From Synechococcus sp. (lineage in GTDB: Bacteria > Cyanobacteriota > Cyanobacteriia > PCC-6307 > Cyanobiaceae): DNA of 64,000 bases. Both the position numbers and the translations under genes were made by a program. The stretch is from contig JBJBEO010000001.1 of NCBI GenBank assembly GCA_047284725.1, forward strand, positions 1,528,203 through 1,592,202. The letters are read 5' to 3'. The notes under the pieces are model-generated. The model was not told the DNA's origin. It searched no databases and saw nothing but the letters and a program-made list of their open reading frames with translations. Below, piece after piece: positions 18,746 through 28,808 of this stretch. How positions within the stretch are numbered: the first letter of the stretch is position 1; every line of letters begins with the position of its first letter.

Positions 18746-20281
18746 TCATAAACCGAGCTCTTTCAACAACTCAGCCTGCGCTTTTTTCCCAGTGATTGCA
18801 TGAGCAGCCATCGCACCACTGGCTGCCACAGGAGGGATCCCAATCCCAGGAAACGTACTGGCTCCGCAGCGGAGAAGTCCTGACAGAGGGGTCGTCACAC
18901 CGGGGAACAATCCCTCCCGCGCGGACAGGGCAGGGCCATAGCTGCCCACGTGGGCATTGAGAAAGTGTCGATGGGTGAGCGGCGTCGCTTCCATCACCAC
19001 CTGACAGCGCTCGCGAAGGTCGGGAATCTTCCGTTCGAGGACAGACCAGAACAGCTGACAGCGGTCTTTCTTGTGCTGTTGATAGGTCGGCGTTCCTCGC
19101 TTCAGCTCAGCCCATTCAGACCAGGGCTCACTGGCAGGGGTATAGGCATGAAGCACGTGATGCCCCTCAGGAGCCATCGACGCATCGAGAACGGAGGGAA
19201 TCGACACCACAGCAGTGTTTTGCTCCGCATCAATAGGCCGCTGCCAATCCCCCACCCACACCTGATGCAGGGGCAACGGAGCAAGACCGCTGGCGTCGAA
19301 GCCAAGGTGCAAATGAAGAAATGATCCACAGGCGGGGGTCGACTCCAGCTGCTGGCGCCACTGGAGCACCGCAGAGTCGGGTAGAAGAGCCGCTGTGCCC
19401 CAGGCATCGACATTGCTCACCACATGATCAGCCCGCAACAGCTCGCCGTTACTGAGCTCCACGCCACAGACCCGGTCGCCATTCAAACAAAGACGGCGAA
19501 CACGCACACCACAACGCACACTGCCGCCATGGCGTTCCAGCCCTCGTACCAGAGCCTGCACCACAGCAGCACTGCCTCCCTTGGGGTAATCCAGGCAGGA
19601 GTCGGGTTCAAACCACTGGGCAAACAAGCTGGCCATCGCCGCAGCATTGGTGTGCTGCATGGACATGCCACTGATCAGAAAGCAGAGCAGGTCAACCCAA
19701 TGCCGCAGGAACGGATCCTGTAGGTGACGGTCCACGAGGGGGCCGAAAGCACCGTTGAGGTGTCTAAGAGCCGGGAGGTGAGGTAACAAACGGCCTCCAC
19801 GCTTCAGCAGAGCGCCCATCGCATCGACGCGAGGAGGCAACGCCAAGAGAGGCAACGCATCGGCAGCCGCAGCCACAGGACGAAGCCGGTCACAGAAACG
19901 GCGCCACTCCTCAAGCACGGCCCTGCCCCTCAGATCCTGCACCACTGCCTCAAACCCTGCGCTGCCCACGCCGATGCGCAGATCCCCTTCGGGGAACAGC
20001 ACATCCCAATCGCGGTATTGGATCACCTCCAGGGGTTGGTCGAGCGCCCGCAGAATCTGAGCCAAGGGATTCGTGCTGGGCCAGCGATGAAGCCCACTCC
20101 ACAAGGAAGGGCCTGATTCGAAGTGATAACCGGACCGCTCGAAGCCATGGGCGGCTCCCCCCGGTTGCTGATGGGCTTCCAACACCACCACTTCATGGCC
20201 AGCGCGGGCCGTCAGGGCAGCGCAACACAGTCCACCAACACCGCTGCCGATCACCACAACCTCCGTGCTGTGGTCGCTCAT
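18746..20281 (-). CDS. Phytoene desaturase/carotenoid isomerase-family FAD oxidoreductase
   Basis: GSGVGG, PGGAAHGF...FESGPS, FPGIGIPPVAASG. Confidence 0.85.
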   Translation of the reverse strand: MSDHSTEVVVIGSGVGGLCCAALTARAGHEVVVLEAHQQPGGAAHGFERSGYHFESGPSLWSGLHRWPSTNPLAQILRALDQPLEVIQYRDWDVLFPEGDLRIGVGSAGFEAVVQDLRGRAVLEEWRRFCDRLRPVAAAADALPLLALPPRVDAMGALLKRGGRLLPHLPALRHLNGAFGPLVDRHLQDPFLRHWVDLLCFLISGMSMQHTNAAAMASLFAQWFEPDSCLDYPKGGSAAVVQALVRGLERHGGSVRCGVRVRRLCLNGDRVCGVELSNGELLRADHVVSNVDAWGTAALLPDSAVLQWRQQLESTPACGSFLHLHLGFDASGLAPLPLHQVWVGDWQRPIDAEQNTAVVSIPSVLDASMAPEGHHVLHAYTPASEPWSEWAELKRGTPTYQQHKKDRCQLFWSVLERKIPDLRERCQVVMEATPLTHRHFLNAHVGSYGPALSAREGLFPGVTTPLSGLLRCGASTFPGIGIPPVAASGAMAAHAITGKKAQAELLKELGL

Positions 20282-21402
20282 CCCGCCGATCCCCCTGACA
20301 TCGATCCATCAGAATCCAGCAACTGTCTGGCCAGAACCACGCCACTGCGAATGGCCCCCTGGGCAGAGGCAAACCCTGGGCCCTCAATCCAGTCGCCGCA
20401 GAAGCCAAGGCGAAGATGGGCATTCCACTGCAAGGCGCTTGGCAGAGGATGATCAAGAGGCAGGGCCGCACCCCATCGCATCACGCCCAGATCGATGGAG
20501 GATGCGACCGCTTTGGCCAATTCGGGCAGCGGTGCCAGCAGTTCAGAGAGAAGGGGAGCAGCATCTCCGAAACCATGAACCACCATCCCCAGACGCCCAT
20601 CCGCCTGGGGATGCAACACCAGGCGCTCCAGCTGCCAGCGAGCAGCCGCCCCTGGCGTCAACCAAATCTGACGGGGCCACGACACACATCCGCCGAAGGA
20701 ACACGCCAACATTCGATTCCAACGGGGTTCCATCTGAATCTTGGCAATGCATGCAAGGGTCTGATCAAGGAGTGGATCGATGCCCTCAGGAACCGCGTCC
20801 CGCAAGGGACAGGTCCTCAGGCCAAGCATGGCCAGAGAACGGGGATGAGCCAACAGGTTGCCGCTGAGCACCAACGCCCGAGCTCGAACCACCGTTGCCC
20901 CTTGGGCATCCTTGAGCAGCCAGCCACGCGACGAGTGCTGCAACGTCTCCACGCGCACCCCGAAGCAAGCGTCCACCCCCTCACCCGCCAAAGCGAGCAA
21001 CGTTGTCGCCACCGCTTCCATCGAGGGACGACCCCGCCAACGCTGGGTACCAGCCCCAAAGCGATCAACCTGTTCCCTGTGGTCAAGCCCCTCCTCGCCC
21101 AGCCAAAGATCAGCTGATGCCTCCAGCGAAATCACGCCGGCACGCTTGAGCACCTGCAGAAGCCCTTCACCTGGAGCATCGTGCTCATCACTCGGATGCC
21201 AGTGAAGGAGAGGCGCTCCATGGTCCAGACACCAGGAAGGATCCTCACGCCTCCTCCGGCTCGCTGCGCGTCCACCCGGTCCACGCCCTGCCTCCAAGAG
21301 GGTGGCTGTTCCCTTCCATCCCTCCATCTTCAGGGAGGCCAGCAAGGAAGTCGCCGAGAGACCAGCGCCGATCACAGCAAGGTCGCAGTCGCGACTGGTC
21401 AC
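20278..21402 (-). CDS. NAD(P)/FAD-dependent oxidoreductase (renalase-like)
   Basis: VIGAGLS, GRGPGGRAASRR, DHGAP, CGDW..G. Confidence 0.8.
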   Translation of the reverse strand: MTSRDCDLAVIGAGLSATSLLASLKMEGWKGTATLLEAGRGPGGRAASRRRREDPSWCLDHGAPLLHWHPSDEHDAPGEGLLQVLKRAGVISLEASADLWLGEEGLDHREQVDRFGAGTQRWRGRPSMEAVATTLLALAGEGVDACFGVRVETLQHSSRGWLLKDAQGATVVRARALVLSGNLLAHPRSLAMLGLRTCPLRDAVPEGIDPLLDQTLACIAKIQMEPRWNRMLACSFGGCVSWPRQIWLTPGAAARWQLERLVLHPQADGRLGMVVHGFGDAAPLLSELLAPLPELAKAVASSIDLGVMRWGAALPLDHPLPSALQWNAHLRLGFCGDWIEGPGFASAQGAIRSGVVLARQLLDSDGSMSGGSAG

Positions 21403-21473
21403 AGATGTAACCCTCCTCTGACAGGACCAAACGCTCCGCTCTTTATAAGGTGCGAATGATGTGAGTGAGTGCC

Positions 21474-22235
21474 ATGCCAGCAGCTGAATCCGCAGGGAAG
21501 CGCTTGGTAGACGTGCTGCGTCATACACCTCCGCTGGTCTTGCCCATGCTTGTGCTCAGTGTTGGCCTGGTCACGGCAGGTTCGGTCGCCGTGCGTGGGA
21601 TTCGCACCGCCGCCGACACCATTACGGTGACCGGCGCCAGTACCGAGCGGATCACCAGCGATTACGTGGACTGGACCGTTGAAGTGAGAGGCAATGGCTC
21701 CAGTCAACAAGAGGCTTACCAGGCCCTTCAACCCCAGGTGCAACGCACGCTGGACTTCCTCAAAGCTCAGAAAGTGCCTGAAGAGGCGATCGAATTGGGG
21801 GTGATCCAGTCGAGCAGCGAAGACGTGCGGAATCGGGTGACTGGAGCGTTGATCACCACGCGATGGACCACCAGACAACCGATCCTGATCGGCACCAAGG
21901 ATGTGAATCTGATCCACAATGTCTCTCGGCAAATCGCCGACCTGGTGGGCCAGGGCGTCCCCCTCAACATCCGACCACCGGCCTACACCTTCACGCGCCT
22001 CTCAGAAAAACGGGTCGACATGCTGGCCAAAGCAACCGCCGATGCGAGGCGTCGAGCCACGGCGATCGCGCAGCAGGCTGGTTCGGGGATTGGCGCCATC
22101 ACTCAGGCCGACACAGGCACCTTTCAGATCACCGTTCCCAACTCCACAAGCATGAGTAGCTATGGCAGTTACGACACCAGAACAATCAGCAAAGACATCA
22201 CAGCGGTGATGGGTGTGACGTTCCGGGTTCAATGA
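21474..22235 (+). CDS. SIMPL (DUF541) domain protein
   Basis: N-terminal TM, TITVTG, ATADARRRA..IA. Confidence 0.8.
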   Translation: MPAAESAGKRLVDVLRHTPPLVLPMLVLSVGLVTAGSVAVRGIRTAADTITVTGASTERITSDYVDWTVEVRGNGSSQQEAYQALQPQVQRTLDFLKAQKVPEEAIELGVIQSSSEDVRNRVTGALITTRWTTRQPILIGTKDVNLIHNVSRQIADLVGQGVPLNIRPPAYTFTRLSEKRVDMLAKATADARRRATAIAQQAGSGIGAITQADTGTFQITVPNSTSMSSYGSYDTRTISKDITAVMGVTFRVQ

Positions 22236-22807
22236 GCAACGATCCTGAAGACCTTCCCCCCTGGCGACCACTCCTGAAGGCAGCGCGCCAAAGGGAAGGC
22301 CGCTCCCCGATGAGCCGATGGTTGCAACTCGCCAGCGTCTCTGAAGACGGAAGCCCACGGGTCCGCACCCTTGTGTTTCGAGGCTGGTTCGACAACGACA
22401 CCCTTGAGCTGCTGACCGATCAACGCAGTGCCAAGGTGTCTGAATTGCAACACAACCCCAGACATGCGGTGTGCTGGCTGCTGCCAAAGGCCCGATGCCA
22501 GTTTCGTTTCAGGGGACAGCAACGCCAGCTTGACGCAGGCGTGGTGCGGCAACGCTGCCTTCACCACTGGGAGCAGCTGCGACCCGAAGGCCGAGCCCTG
22601 TGGGGATGGCCGGCGCCTGGCGCTCCTTTTGACCACGAAGCGACCTTTGCTCCAGCCATCGCCAATGGCACGCCCATGCCCGACCACTTCATGCTGCTCA
22701 GCCTTCAGATCACGGCTGTGGAACTCCTGGAATTGAGCGGCAACCCGCATCGACGACGACGCTGGCGCAGCGAAGATGACTGGATCGAACATCGTCTGAA
22801 CCCCTGA
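22232..22807 (+). CDS. Pyridoxamine 5'-phosphate oxidase family FMN-binding protein
   Basis: QLASV..DGSPRVRTLVFRGW, TDQRSAK, QFRFRG. Confidence 0.85.
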   Translation: MSNDPEDLPPWRPLLKAARQREGRSPMSRWLQLASVSEDGSPRVRTLVFRGWFDNDTLELLTDQRSAKVSELQHNPRHAVCWLLPKARCQFRFRGQQRQLDAGVVRQRCLHHWEQLRPEGRALWGWPAPGAPFDHEATFAPAIANGTPMPDHFMLLSLQITAVELLELSGNPHRRRRWRSEDDWIEHRLNP

Positions 22808-23376
22808 ACCCCACCCCCACATCGCCTCGCCCACCTGGGCCATGGCCTCTGCTTCTTCCCCTGCTGCTGGTTGGCATCGCCTGGCTGCAGGAGTTGATTG
22901 ATGCCGTGCTGGTCGGCGGCCGATGGAACCTTGCGATCGGCCCAGGAACAGCCTGGTGGAGTTTGTTCACCGCTCCCTTCAGTCACAGCGGCATTGGCCA
23001 TCTGCTCACCAACACCCTGGCGTTTCTGCCTCTGAGCTATCTGGTGATCAGCCAGGGAATCCGTGCCTATGTCAGCGTCTGGATGGCCGTGATCGTGATG
23101 GAGATCCCGATCTGGTTGTTCTGGCCCCGAGGAAGCCATGGGTTGTCCGGAGTGGTGTATGGGCTGCTTGGCTATCTGGTGCTGCTGGGTTTGATTGAAC
23201 GACGTCTGATCAGCCTCGCAATGACGGTGATCGTTCTCAGCCTCTACGGCAGTGCACTGATTGGTCTGCTGCCCTGGGCCACACCAGCTGGGGTGAGTTG
23301 GGTCGGTCATTTCAGCGGATTTATCGGCGGAGCCTTCGCAGCAGCGGCTCTCGCCCGCGAACACCACAAGCCCTAA
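22804..23376 (+). CDS. Rhomboid-family intramembrane serine protease (start uncertain; first canonical start is TTG 22894)
   Basis: FSH...HL..N, GLSG catalytic Ser, GH..G catalytic His; an in-frame TM segment lies upstream of 22894. Confidence 0.8.
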   Translation: MNPTPTSPRPPGPWPLLLPLLLVGIAWLQELIDAVLVGGRWNLAIGPGTAWWSLFTAPFSHSGIGHLLTNTLAFLPLSYLVISQGIRAYVSVWMAVIVMEIPIWLFWPRGSHGLSGVVYGLLGYLVLLGLIERRLISLAMTVIVLSLYGSALIGLLPWATPAGVSWVGHFSGFIGGAFAAAALAREHHKP

Positions 23377-23380
23377 ACAC

Positions 23381-23911
23381 TCATCCCTCGCCAGGCACAG
23401 CACGCTCAACACACACACCCTCTGCCTTCAGGATCAAATCCTGCCGGGAGGTTTCCTGGATCGCTAAGTCCAGATGAACGGAACTCATCTGCTGGAGCAC
23501 AAACGACATGCGCTTGACATCCACTTCCACTTGGCCCTCGGTCCGTAAACGCCCAAAGGGGGTGGGCTCCCCATCAGGGGGATTGGGAGGCAACACCATC
23601 AATGGGTGCTCGTAGCCAAAATCGAGAACCACGCGATCACCCTCGACATGAGGGATGCCGTCGGTGAGATGCAGGAGATCTGCCCGAGGATTCGCAAGAT
23701 TGCGCGGAGTCAGGCTCAGGGGCACCCCACCATCGGCATAGGTGAGTGTGAACTCAGACTTGTCGACCTTGACGTCACTTGGGTCAACGGCCTCTCCATT
23801 GGCTGTGACCGAATGCGGGTCAATCGTGCAGCGGTGAAGAAAGGCCGGAGGCAAAGCCACAGCCTCCGATTGGGGCGACTGAGCCAACATCCAAACAGCA
23901 ACCCAGCTCAC
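23381..23911 (-). CDS. Hypothetical protein
   Basis: 176 aa ORF overlapping the stop of the upstream gene. Confidence 0.6.
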   Translation of the reverse strand: MSWVAVWMLAQSPQSEAVALPPAFLHRCTIDPHSVTANGEAVDPSDVKVDKSEFTLTYADGGVPLSLTPRNLANPRADLLHLTDGIPHVEGDRVVLDFGYEHPLMVLPPNPPDGEPTPFGRLRTEGQVEVDVKRMSFVLQQMSSVHLDLAIQETSRQDLILKAEGVCVERAVPGEG

Positions 23912-24120
23912 GACTCATCCTGTGGGAGGAATCGACTCGAAAGGCGCACGGCAAGCACCGCCAGCGCTGCGCCATAGGCAATAAACGTTGAAGCTTGTCC
24001 AAAGGAGCCAGTGCTGTAGACCTCGCCTTTCAGCAACACCCAGTCGATCAACGATGCCACTGTCCCCCAGAGCATCACCCACACCGACACGTAGAGCACA
24101 CCACGGACGACGGGACGCAT
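23908..24120 (-). CDS. Small two-TM membrane protein
   Basis: LYVSVWVMLWGT.ASLIDW..L...VY..GS.GQ. Confidence 0.65.
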   Translation of the reverse strand: MRPVVRGVLYVSVWVMLWGTVASLIDWVLLKGEVYSTGSFGQASTFIAYGAALAVLAVRLSSRFLPQDES

Positions 24121-24172
24121 GACAACCAAGCAGTGGAAGCGACCTTAAGAGACGAAAGCAGCGATGGGATCA

Positions 24173-24388
24173 TCAGCCGCCTTCCATCGACTGCTGATGG
24201 CTGTGCTGGCGATAAAGATCACTGACAGGCTCCTGTCCTGAAGACGGCGCTGTCGGAGCCTGCTTGGCACGGCACCCACTGGAGTGGGGATCATCGTCTT
24301 GATCAAACTCGCGATCTTCCTTTTCAAGAGCACGGGCAAACGCATCCTTGAAAGGCTCTGACTGCCTTGATCGGCGAGGGAATGGCAT
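24173..24388 (-). CDS. Small hypothetical protein
   Basis: 71 aa hydrophilic ORF co-oriented with neighbours. Confidence 0.4.
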   Translation of the reverse strand: MPFPRRSRQSEPFKDAFARALEKEDREFDQDDDPHSSGCRAKQAPTAPSSGQEPVSDLYRQHSHQQSMEGG

Positions 24389-24426
24389 GAGAGGCAACGG
24401 TCAATCGTCTGGATGAACCTCTTGCG

Positions 24427-24615
24427 CTAGGGGCTGGGACGCTGCGGATGACGACTGGAGAGATCACAACCGAACTCACAGCTCGTTAATCCCTGTGCTT
24501 CTGGATCAGCGCTCTCGAGCTTGTGAAGGATCTGGCGCAGATCAGCTCCTGCCAATTCACCGTTGGCTTCCCACTTCAAACTTGTGCCACGACGCGGGCT
24601 TCCAGCGTTAGCCAT
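24427..24615 (-). CDS. Small conserved hypothetical protein
   Basis: SLKWEANGELA..DL..IL..L motif. Confidence 0.55.
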   Translation of the reverse strand: MANAGSPRRGTSLKWEANGELAGADLRQILHKLESADPEAQGLTSCEFGCDLSSRHPQRPSP

Positions 24616-24699
24616 GGTTCATCGATGGGCCCTTCACTCTGAGGGAGCACCGAGGGGAACCAAGAGGACAAGGAGAATCCTTAACCGAAGTTAAAAACA

Positions 24700-24713
24700 G
24701 TAGCGATAGCTAC
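24700..24713. promoter_or_regulatory. Candidate NtcA (CRP-family) binding site
   Basis: GTA-GCGATAGC-TAC = GTA-N8-TAC in the divergent intergenic region. Confidence 0.5.
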
Positions 24714-24770
24714 ATAAGTCATGCTGTCTGCCTTCGAGGCCTAGGTTCGCCAGCCGCAGCGGACCGCAGC

Positions 24771-25424
24771 ATGAAGAAGCAGGAGCGGGCCGATCGCGTG
24801 CTCGAACGACTGAGCCAGGCCTACCCAGAGCCCCCAATCCCCCTCGACCACAGCGACCCTTTCACCCTGCTGATTGCCGTGCTACTCAGCGCACAGTGCA
24901 CCGACAAGAAGGTGAATGAGGTCACACCGGCCCTCTTTGCGGCTGGACCGACCCCCCAGGCCATGGCCGACCTTGATGAGGACGCGATCCTGCAGCACAT
25001 CCGCCAGCTCGGCCTGGCCAGAACCAAATCCCGCAACGTTAAAAAGCTGTCCCAGATCCTTGTGGCCGTCCATGACGGGGACGTGCCCGCGAGCTTCGAC
25101 GAACTCGAAGCACTGCCAGGCGTCGGCCATAAAACCGCCAGCGTCGTCATGGCGCAGGCTTTCGGCGTGCCCGCCTTCCCTGTCGACACCCACATCCACC
25201 GTCTTGCTCAGCGGTGGGGACTCAGCACAGGCGAAAGCGTTCAGCGCACCGAACAAGACCTCAAGTCACTGTTCCCCGAAGAGAGCTGGAACAGGCTTCA
25301 CCTGCAGATCATCTTTTACGGCCGCGAGCACTGCACAGCCCGGGGCTGCGACGGCACCGTCTGCCCACTCTGCAGGGAGCTCTACCCGAAGCGGAGAAAA
25401 CCGTTCATCCACCGGAAGGCCTAG
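24771..25424 (+). CDS. nth: Endonuclease III
   Basis: LLIAVLLSAQCTD, LPGVGHKTA HhH, VDTH, C-terminal Cys cluster. Confidence 0.95.
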   Translation: MKKQERADRVLERLSQAYPEPPIPLDHSDPFTLLIAVLLSAQCTDKKVNEVTPALFAAGPTPQAMADLDEDAILQHIRQLGLARTKSRNVKKLSQILVAVHDGDVPASFDELEALPGVGHKTASVVMAQAFGVPAFPVDTHIHRLAQRWGLSTGESVQRTEQDLKSLFPEESWNRLHLQIIFYGREHCTARGCDGTVCPLCRELYPKRRKPFIHRKA

Positions 25425-25479
25425 AAGCAGCCACAAACCTTCAAGAACCGTTACAATAAGAAACAACAACGGAGCGACC

Positions 25480-25716
25480 ATGGCCAACCCACAAGCAAGC
25501 GACAAATGGTTCCAGGACAGCGCAGCTCGCGCGATTCATCAGGAACAGCTCACCCGGGCTGAGCGCTTCAACGGCCGCGCTGCCATGCTCGGCTTCGTGA
25601 TCGGCATCCTCACAGAAGCCCTCACTGGGCAGGGAATCATCCATCAGATTGGGCTTGGCCCCTTGGTGGATGGCTATGCAGCCTGCAGCACCAAGTTGCT
25701 TCCATTCTGTTTCTGA
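25480..25716 (+). CDS. hli: High-light-inducible protein
   Basis: AERFNGRAAMLGFVIGILTEALTGQGI. Confidence 0.85.
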   Translation: MANPQASDKWFQDSAARAIHQEQLTRAERFNGRAAMLGFVIGILTEALTGQGIIHQIGLGPLVDGYAACSTKLLPFCF

Positions 25717-25782
25717 ACCACTCCATAGCACCCAATGATCCGTTGAAGCCGGCGTAGGGTTGCCGGCTCCGACGACCTTGGG

Positions 25783-26052
25783 ATGGCTCGCAAGAGGCGC
25801 AAGCTGAACAAAGAGATGGAAGCGCAGATCGTGGCTGCGCACAAAAAAGTCGAATTCATCTCGGCGATGATTCGGGACATCACCGAAGAAGACATTCAGA
25901 ACGAATACGCCGAAGCCTTCGCTCAGGTGCACATGGCTGTCAAGCATCTCGATGAGTTGTACAAACTTGAAGGATTCACCGAGGAGAGCGAGGCGACCCT
26001 CACGCTCTACAACGGCCTGCTAGCAAGCTTCGAGGAAGAATACGAGCTTTAA
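25783..26052 (+). CDS. Conserved hypothetical protein
   Basis: 89 aa helical ORF with typical codon usage. Confidence 0.7.
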   Translation: MARKRRKLNKEMEAQIVAAHKKVEFISAMIRDITEEDIQNEYAEAFAQVHMAVKHLDELYKLEGFTEESEATLTLYNGLLASFEEEYEL

Positions 26053-26163
26053 CTTGATCAATTCAGGTTCGATCAGCTTGCAACAATCAGCTTTCAGCAT
26101 CTGATCAATCCCCCCGAATCCAGTACAACCAAAAAGTCTTTTTCTAGGACTGGAGGTTTAACG

Positions 26164-26691
26164 ATGGCTTCAGACACTGAGCAGGGGCAGACGTCGGGCA
26201 TGCACTGGTTGACCCTCGCCCTTGCCTGTCGTTGGCCTCTGGCTGTTGTGTTGAGTGCATGGGCGCTGGCTGTAGCTGCCATCCAGATCCTGCGGGAACC
26301 CATTCCAATCGCCCTCCCACAAGACAGACCATTCCCCGTTCGACTGGTCGGCGACCTCAACATCGATTCGCTCAAACAACCGGTGAGCATCCTGGGTTCA
26401 GAAGCGCTCAGGATCGAGACCGCTGGCCCCCTTCCTGTCTCGGGAGATGTCGCGGTACAAGCGGATGTCGATGTAGCCAATGATGTCAACATCAAAGGCA
26501 ACGTCTCAGTGGACGAGGTCAGTGAACCAGTCACCGTGCAGGGTGACGATGGTGGTCCAGTGTTGGTGGGCTCAAGTGCAGATCAACCCGTGAGGGTTGA
26601 CGTTGATGGCGCCGTGAGTGTGAATCAGGTGGCAGGAAAAATCAGCGTGCAGCTGCGCGATGCTGCCAAATCCCTGCTGCCCATTCCCTGA
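26164..26691 (+). CDS. Hypothetical membrane-anchored protein with Val-rich beta repeats
   Basis: N-terminal TM, then repeated PV.V.G.V units. Confidence 0.65.
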   Translation: MASDTEQGQTSGMHWLTLALACRWPLAVVLSAWALAVAAIQILREPIPIALPQDRPFPVRLVGDLNIDSLKQPVSILGSEALRIETAGPLPVSGDVAVQADVDVANDVNIKGNVSVDEVSEPVTVQGDDGGPVLVGSSADQPVRVDVDGAVSVNQVAGKISVQLRDAAKSLLPIP

Positions 26692-27530
26692 TGACTGAGC
26701 TCACCGCAGAGATGCAGGCCTCATTGTCATCGCTTCGATTAGCCGTCGTCGGCCATCAGGAGTGGGTCACGTTTCTGCAAGTGGATGCACTTCCCACACC
26801 TGGGAGAATCAGTCGATCGCTTCGAAGCCTCGAGGAGCCGGCAGGCGCCGGAGCGGTTGCAGCCGTGCAGCTGGCTCGACTCACGGGTCGGAGAATCCCC
26901 TTCTTCACCGCCCTTGGGCGTGATGCGATCGGTGAACAGAGCATCAGGCGATTGGTCGACTTGGGGGTTGACCCTCACGTCGCCTGGAGGGATCGCCCCA
27001 GTCGGCGCGGCATCAGCCTGGTCGATGACGGCGGGGATCGTGCCATCACGGTGATTGGTGAACGTCACAGTCCTTATTCCACCGACCCCCTGCCGTGGAA
27101 TCTTCTGGATCAATGCGATGGCGTATTCGTCTCAGCCACCGATGCCGATGGTCTGCGACTGGCCAGAAAAGCCCGTGTCCTCACTGCCACCCCTCGGCTT
27201 CGCTTGCCTGTGCTTCAAGAAGCAGCTGTCTGCCTGGATGCCCTGATCGGTAGCGCTCTCGATCCGAGCGAACAGATCGAGGTTGCGCGCCTGAATCCCA
27301 CCCCTCGTCTCACGATTGCCACGGAAGGAGCGAACGGTGGATGCCTTCACCCCGGCGGCAGATATGAAGCCTCCCCCGCGCCAAGCCCAACCCAGGAGTC
27401 GTACGGGTGTGGCGACAGTTTTGCTGCAGGCGTGACAGCAGGTCTGGCCGGAGGCTGGCGACCACACGATGCTGTACGCCTGGGGGCACACTGTGGGGCG
27501 GAATGCGTGACTCGATTCGGACCCTATTGA
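26691..27530 (+). CDS. PfkB-family carbohydrate kinase
   Basis: GAGAVAAVQLARL, SYGCGDSFAAG. Confidence 0.85.
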   Translation: MTELTAEMQASLSSLRLAVVGHQEWVTFLQVDALPTPGRISRSLRSLEEPAGAGAVAAVQLARLTGRRIPFFTALGRDAIGEQSIRRLVDLGVDPHVAWRDRPSRRGISLVDDGGDRAITVIGERHSPYSTDPLPWNLLDQCDGVFVSATDADGLRLARKARVLTATPRLRLPVLQEAAVCLDALIGSALDPSEQIEVARLNPTPRLTIATEGANGGCLHPGGRYEASPAPSPTQESYGCGDSFAAGVTAGLAGGWRPHDAVRLGAHCGAECVTRFGPY

Positions 27531-27646
27531 TCGCCCTTCGGAACAAAAGCCTGAGACAATGCCACGAGAAGGCCTGCAATCAGCAGGGCGGGAAGAATCA
27601 CGGCGGGGCCGCCTGGAGCCGTCTGTGAGGCGAACAGCAGAGGCAT
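27524..27646 (-). CDS. Small single-TM protein (40 aa)
   Basis: MPLLFASQTAPGGPAVILPALLIAGLLVALSQAFVPKGDQ. Confidence 0.4.
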   Translation of the reverse strand: MPLLFASQTAPGGPAVILPALLIAGLLVALSQAFVPKGDQ

Positions 27647-27744
27647 CACAATTTCAATTCTGATGAACGCAATCAGCCTGCCTGAAGAGGATGCCAACGG
27701 TGCAAGCGGCAACCATTTGTTATTGACACCAACGTGACGCCAAC

Positions 27745-27770
27745 AGCCCCCACTGAGAGCGGGGCTTTTT
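27745..27770. terminator. Intrinsic terminator-like hairpin
   Basis: AGCCCC..GGGGCT followed by TTTT. Confidence 0.45.
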
Positions 27771-27851
27771 GGGGTCAGGGCAAACGACGAACCCAACACC
27801 ACTGCTCAGGCCCAGACATTGTCTGCATTGATCGACCTGTTCCGATCTCGA

Positions 27852-28325
27852 TCAAGCCAGAACAGACGAGGCCAGGTGGCGTGCCTCTTGAAGAAATGCT
27901 CCGACTGCATGGGGGTCAGCCTTTGGTTGGGTCCCAGCTTCCACTTGGCGATAGAGGTCAGCCACGGACCACGCTCTCGTACGCCCATCAGACGCATGAC
28001 GGGGGATGAGATGGAGATGCAGGTGCTGAGCCCCTTCACCAAAGGCGATGGCGTAAACGCGATCGCATCCACTCACCCGTTTCACCAATGAAGACGCGCG
28101 TTGAACCATGGTCCCCCACTCGCTGGCTTCCAACGCAGTGAAGTCGATCGGCCCGCAGAGGTGGCGTTTGGCATCGAGCAGGCACCAACCAACGAGAGGA
28201 GCGGGCATCGGGTGATGGCGCAACAACCAATGGGGGGAGTCCCAGATCACAGCGGGCGCGAGGGAGGAGGCATCAGCATGCAGACGGCAAATGCCGCATG
28301 GTTGGCGATCAGCGCTCTCAGCCAT
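27852..28325 (-). CDS. HIT-family protein
   Basis: CGIC N-terminus; HLHLHLIPR histidine triad. Confidence 0.85.
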   Translation of the reverse strand: MAESADRQPCGICRLHADASSLAPAVIWDSPHWLLRHHPMPAPLVGWCLLDAKRHLCGPIDFTALEASEWGTMVQRASSLVKRVSGCDRVYAIAFGEGAQHLHLHLIPRHASDGRTRAWSVADLYRQVEAGTQPKADPHAVGAFLQEARHLASSVLA

Positions 28326-28613
28326 GACCATCAAGGCTCCATGCCTGCATGCTGAGCGATTTTCCCAAGCTCGGCAGCGATTAAACCCGAGGGGAACGGA
28401 CGCTGACGGATCGAGGATCCGCAGATCAGCAACCCCTCGGACACCAAAGCCAAACCAAAACGCATTTATTCACAAAAAGACGCGCTTGCAGGGGCAAGAG
28501 CCGCCCCACGCCAACCCTCTAAGACAACTCTCAGCAGCTCCTCCGAAATCTTTGGGCTTTTGCAGGGCCCGAGAGCGATAGTGTTCTGTCAACAGCCTTG
28601 CGCGTTGTTGACA

Positions 28614-28808
28614 ATGAACGAACACAAGAAAGACATTTCACGGCATGCTCACAAGGTTGTTGAGGCCTACCTTGCCTACAGAGATCAGCCAAACCTGCAC
28701 GCCAACAACACACTGATCGAATCGCTCGATAAGCTCACTCAACTGCATGGTCATAATCCAAATCATGACCCTCAACACCCCGCCAAACCGATATCAATCG
28801 CCTGCTGA
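28614..28808 (+). CDS. Small hypothetical protein
   Basis: 64 aa ORF MNEHKKDISRHAHKVVEAYLAY.. Confidence 0.45.
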   Translation: MNEHKKDISRHAHKVVEAYLAYRDQPNLHANNTLIESLDKLTQLHGHNPNHDPQHPAKPISIAC

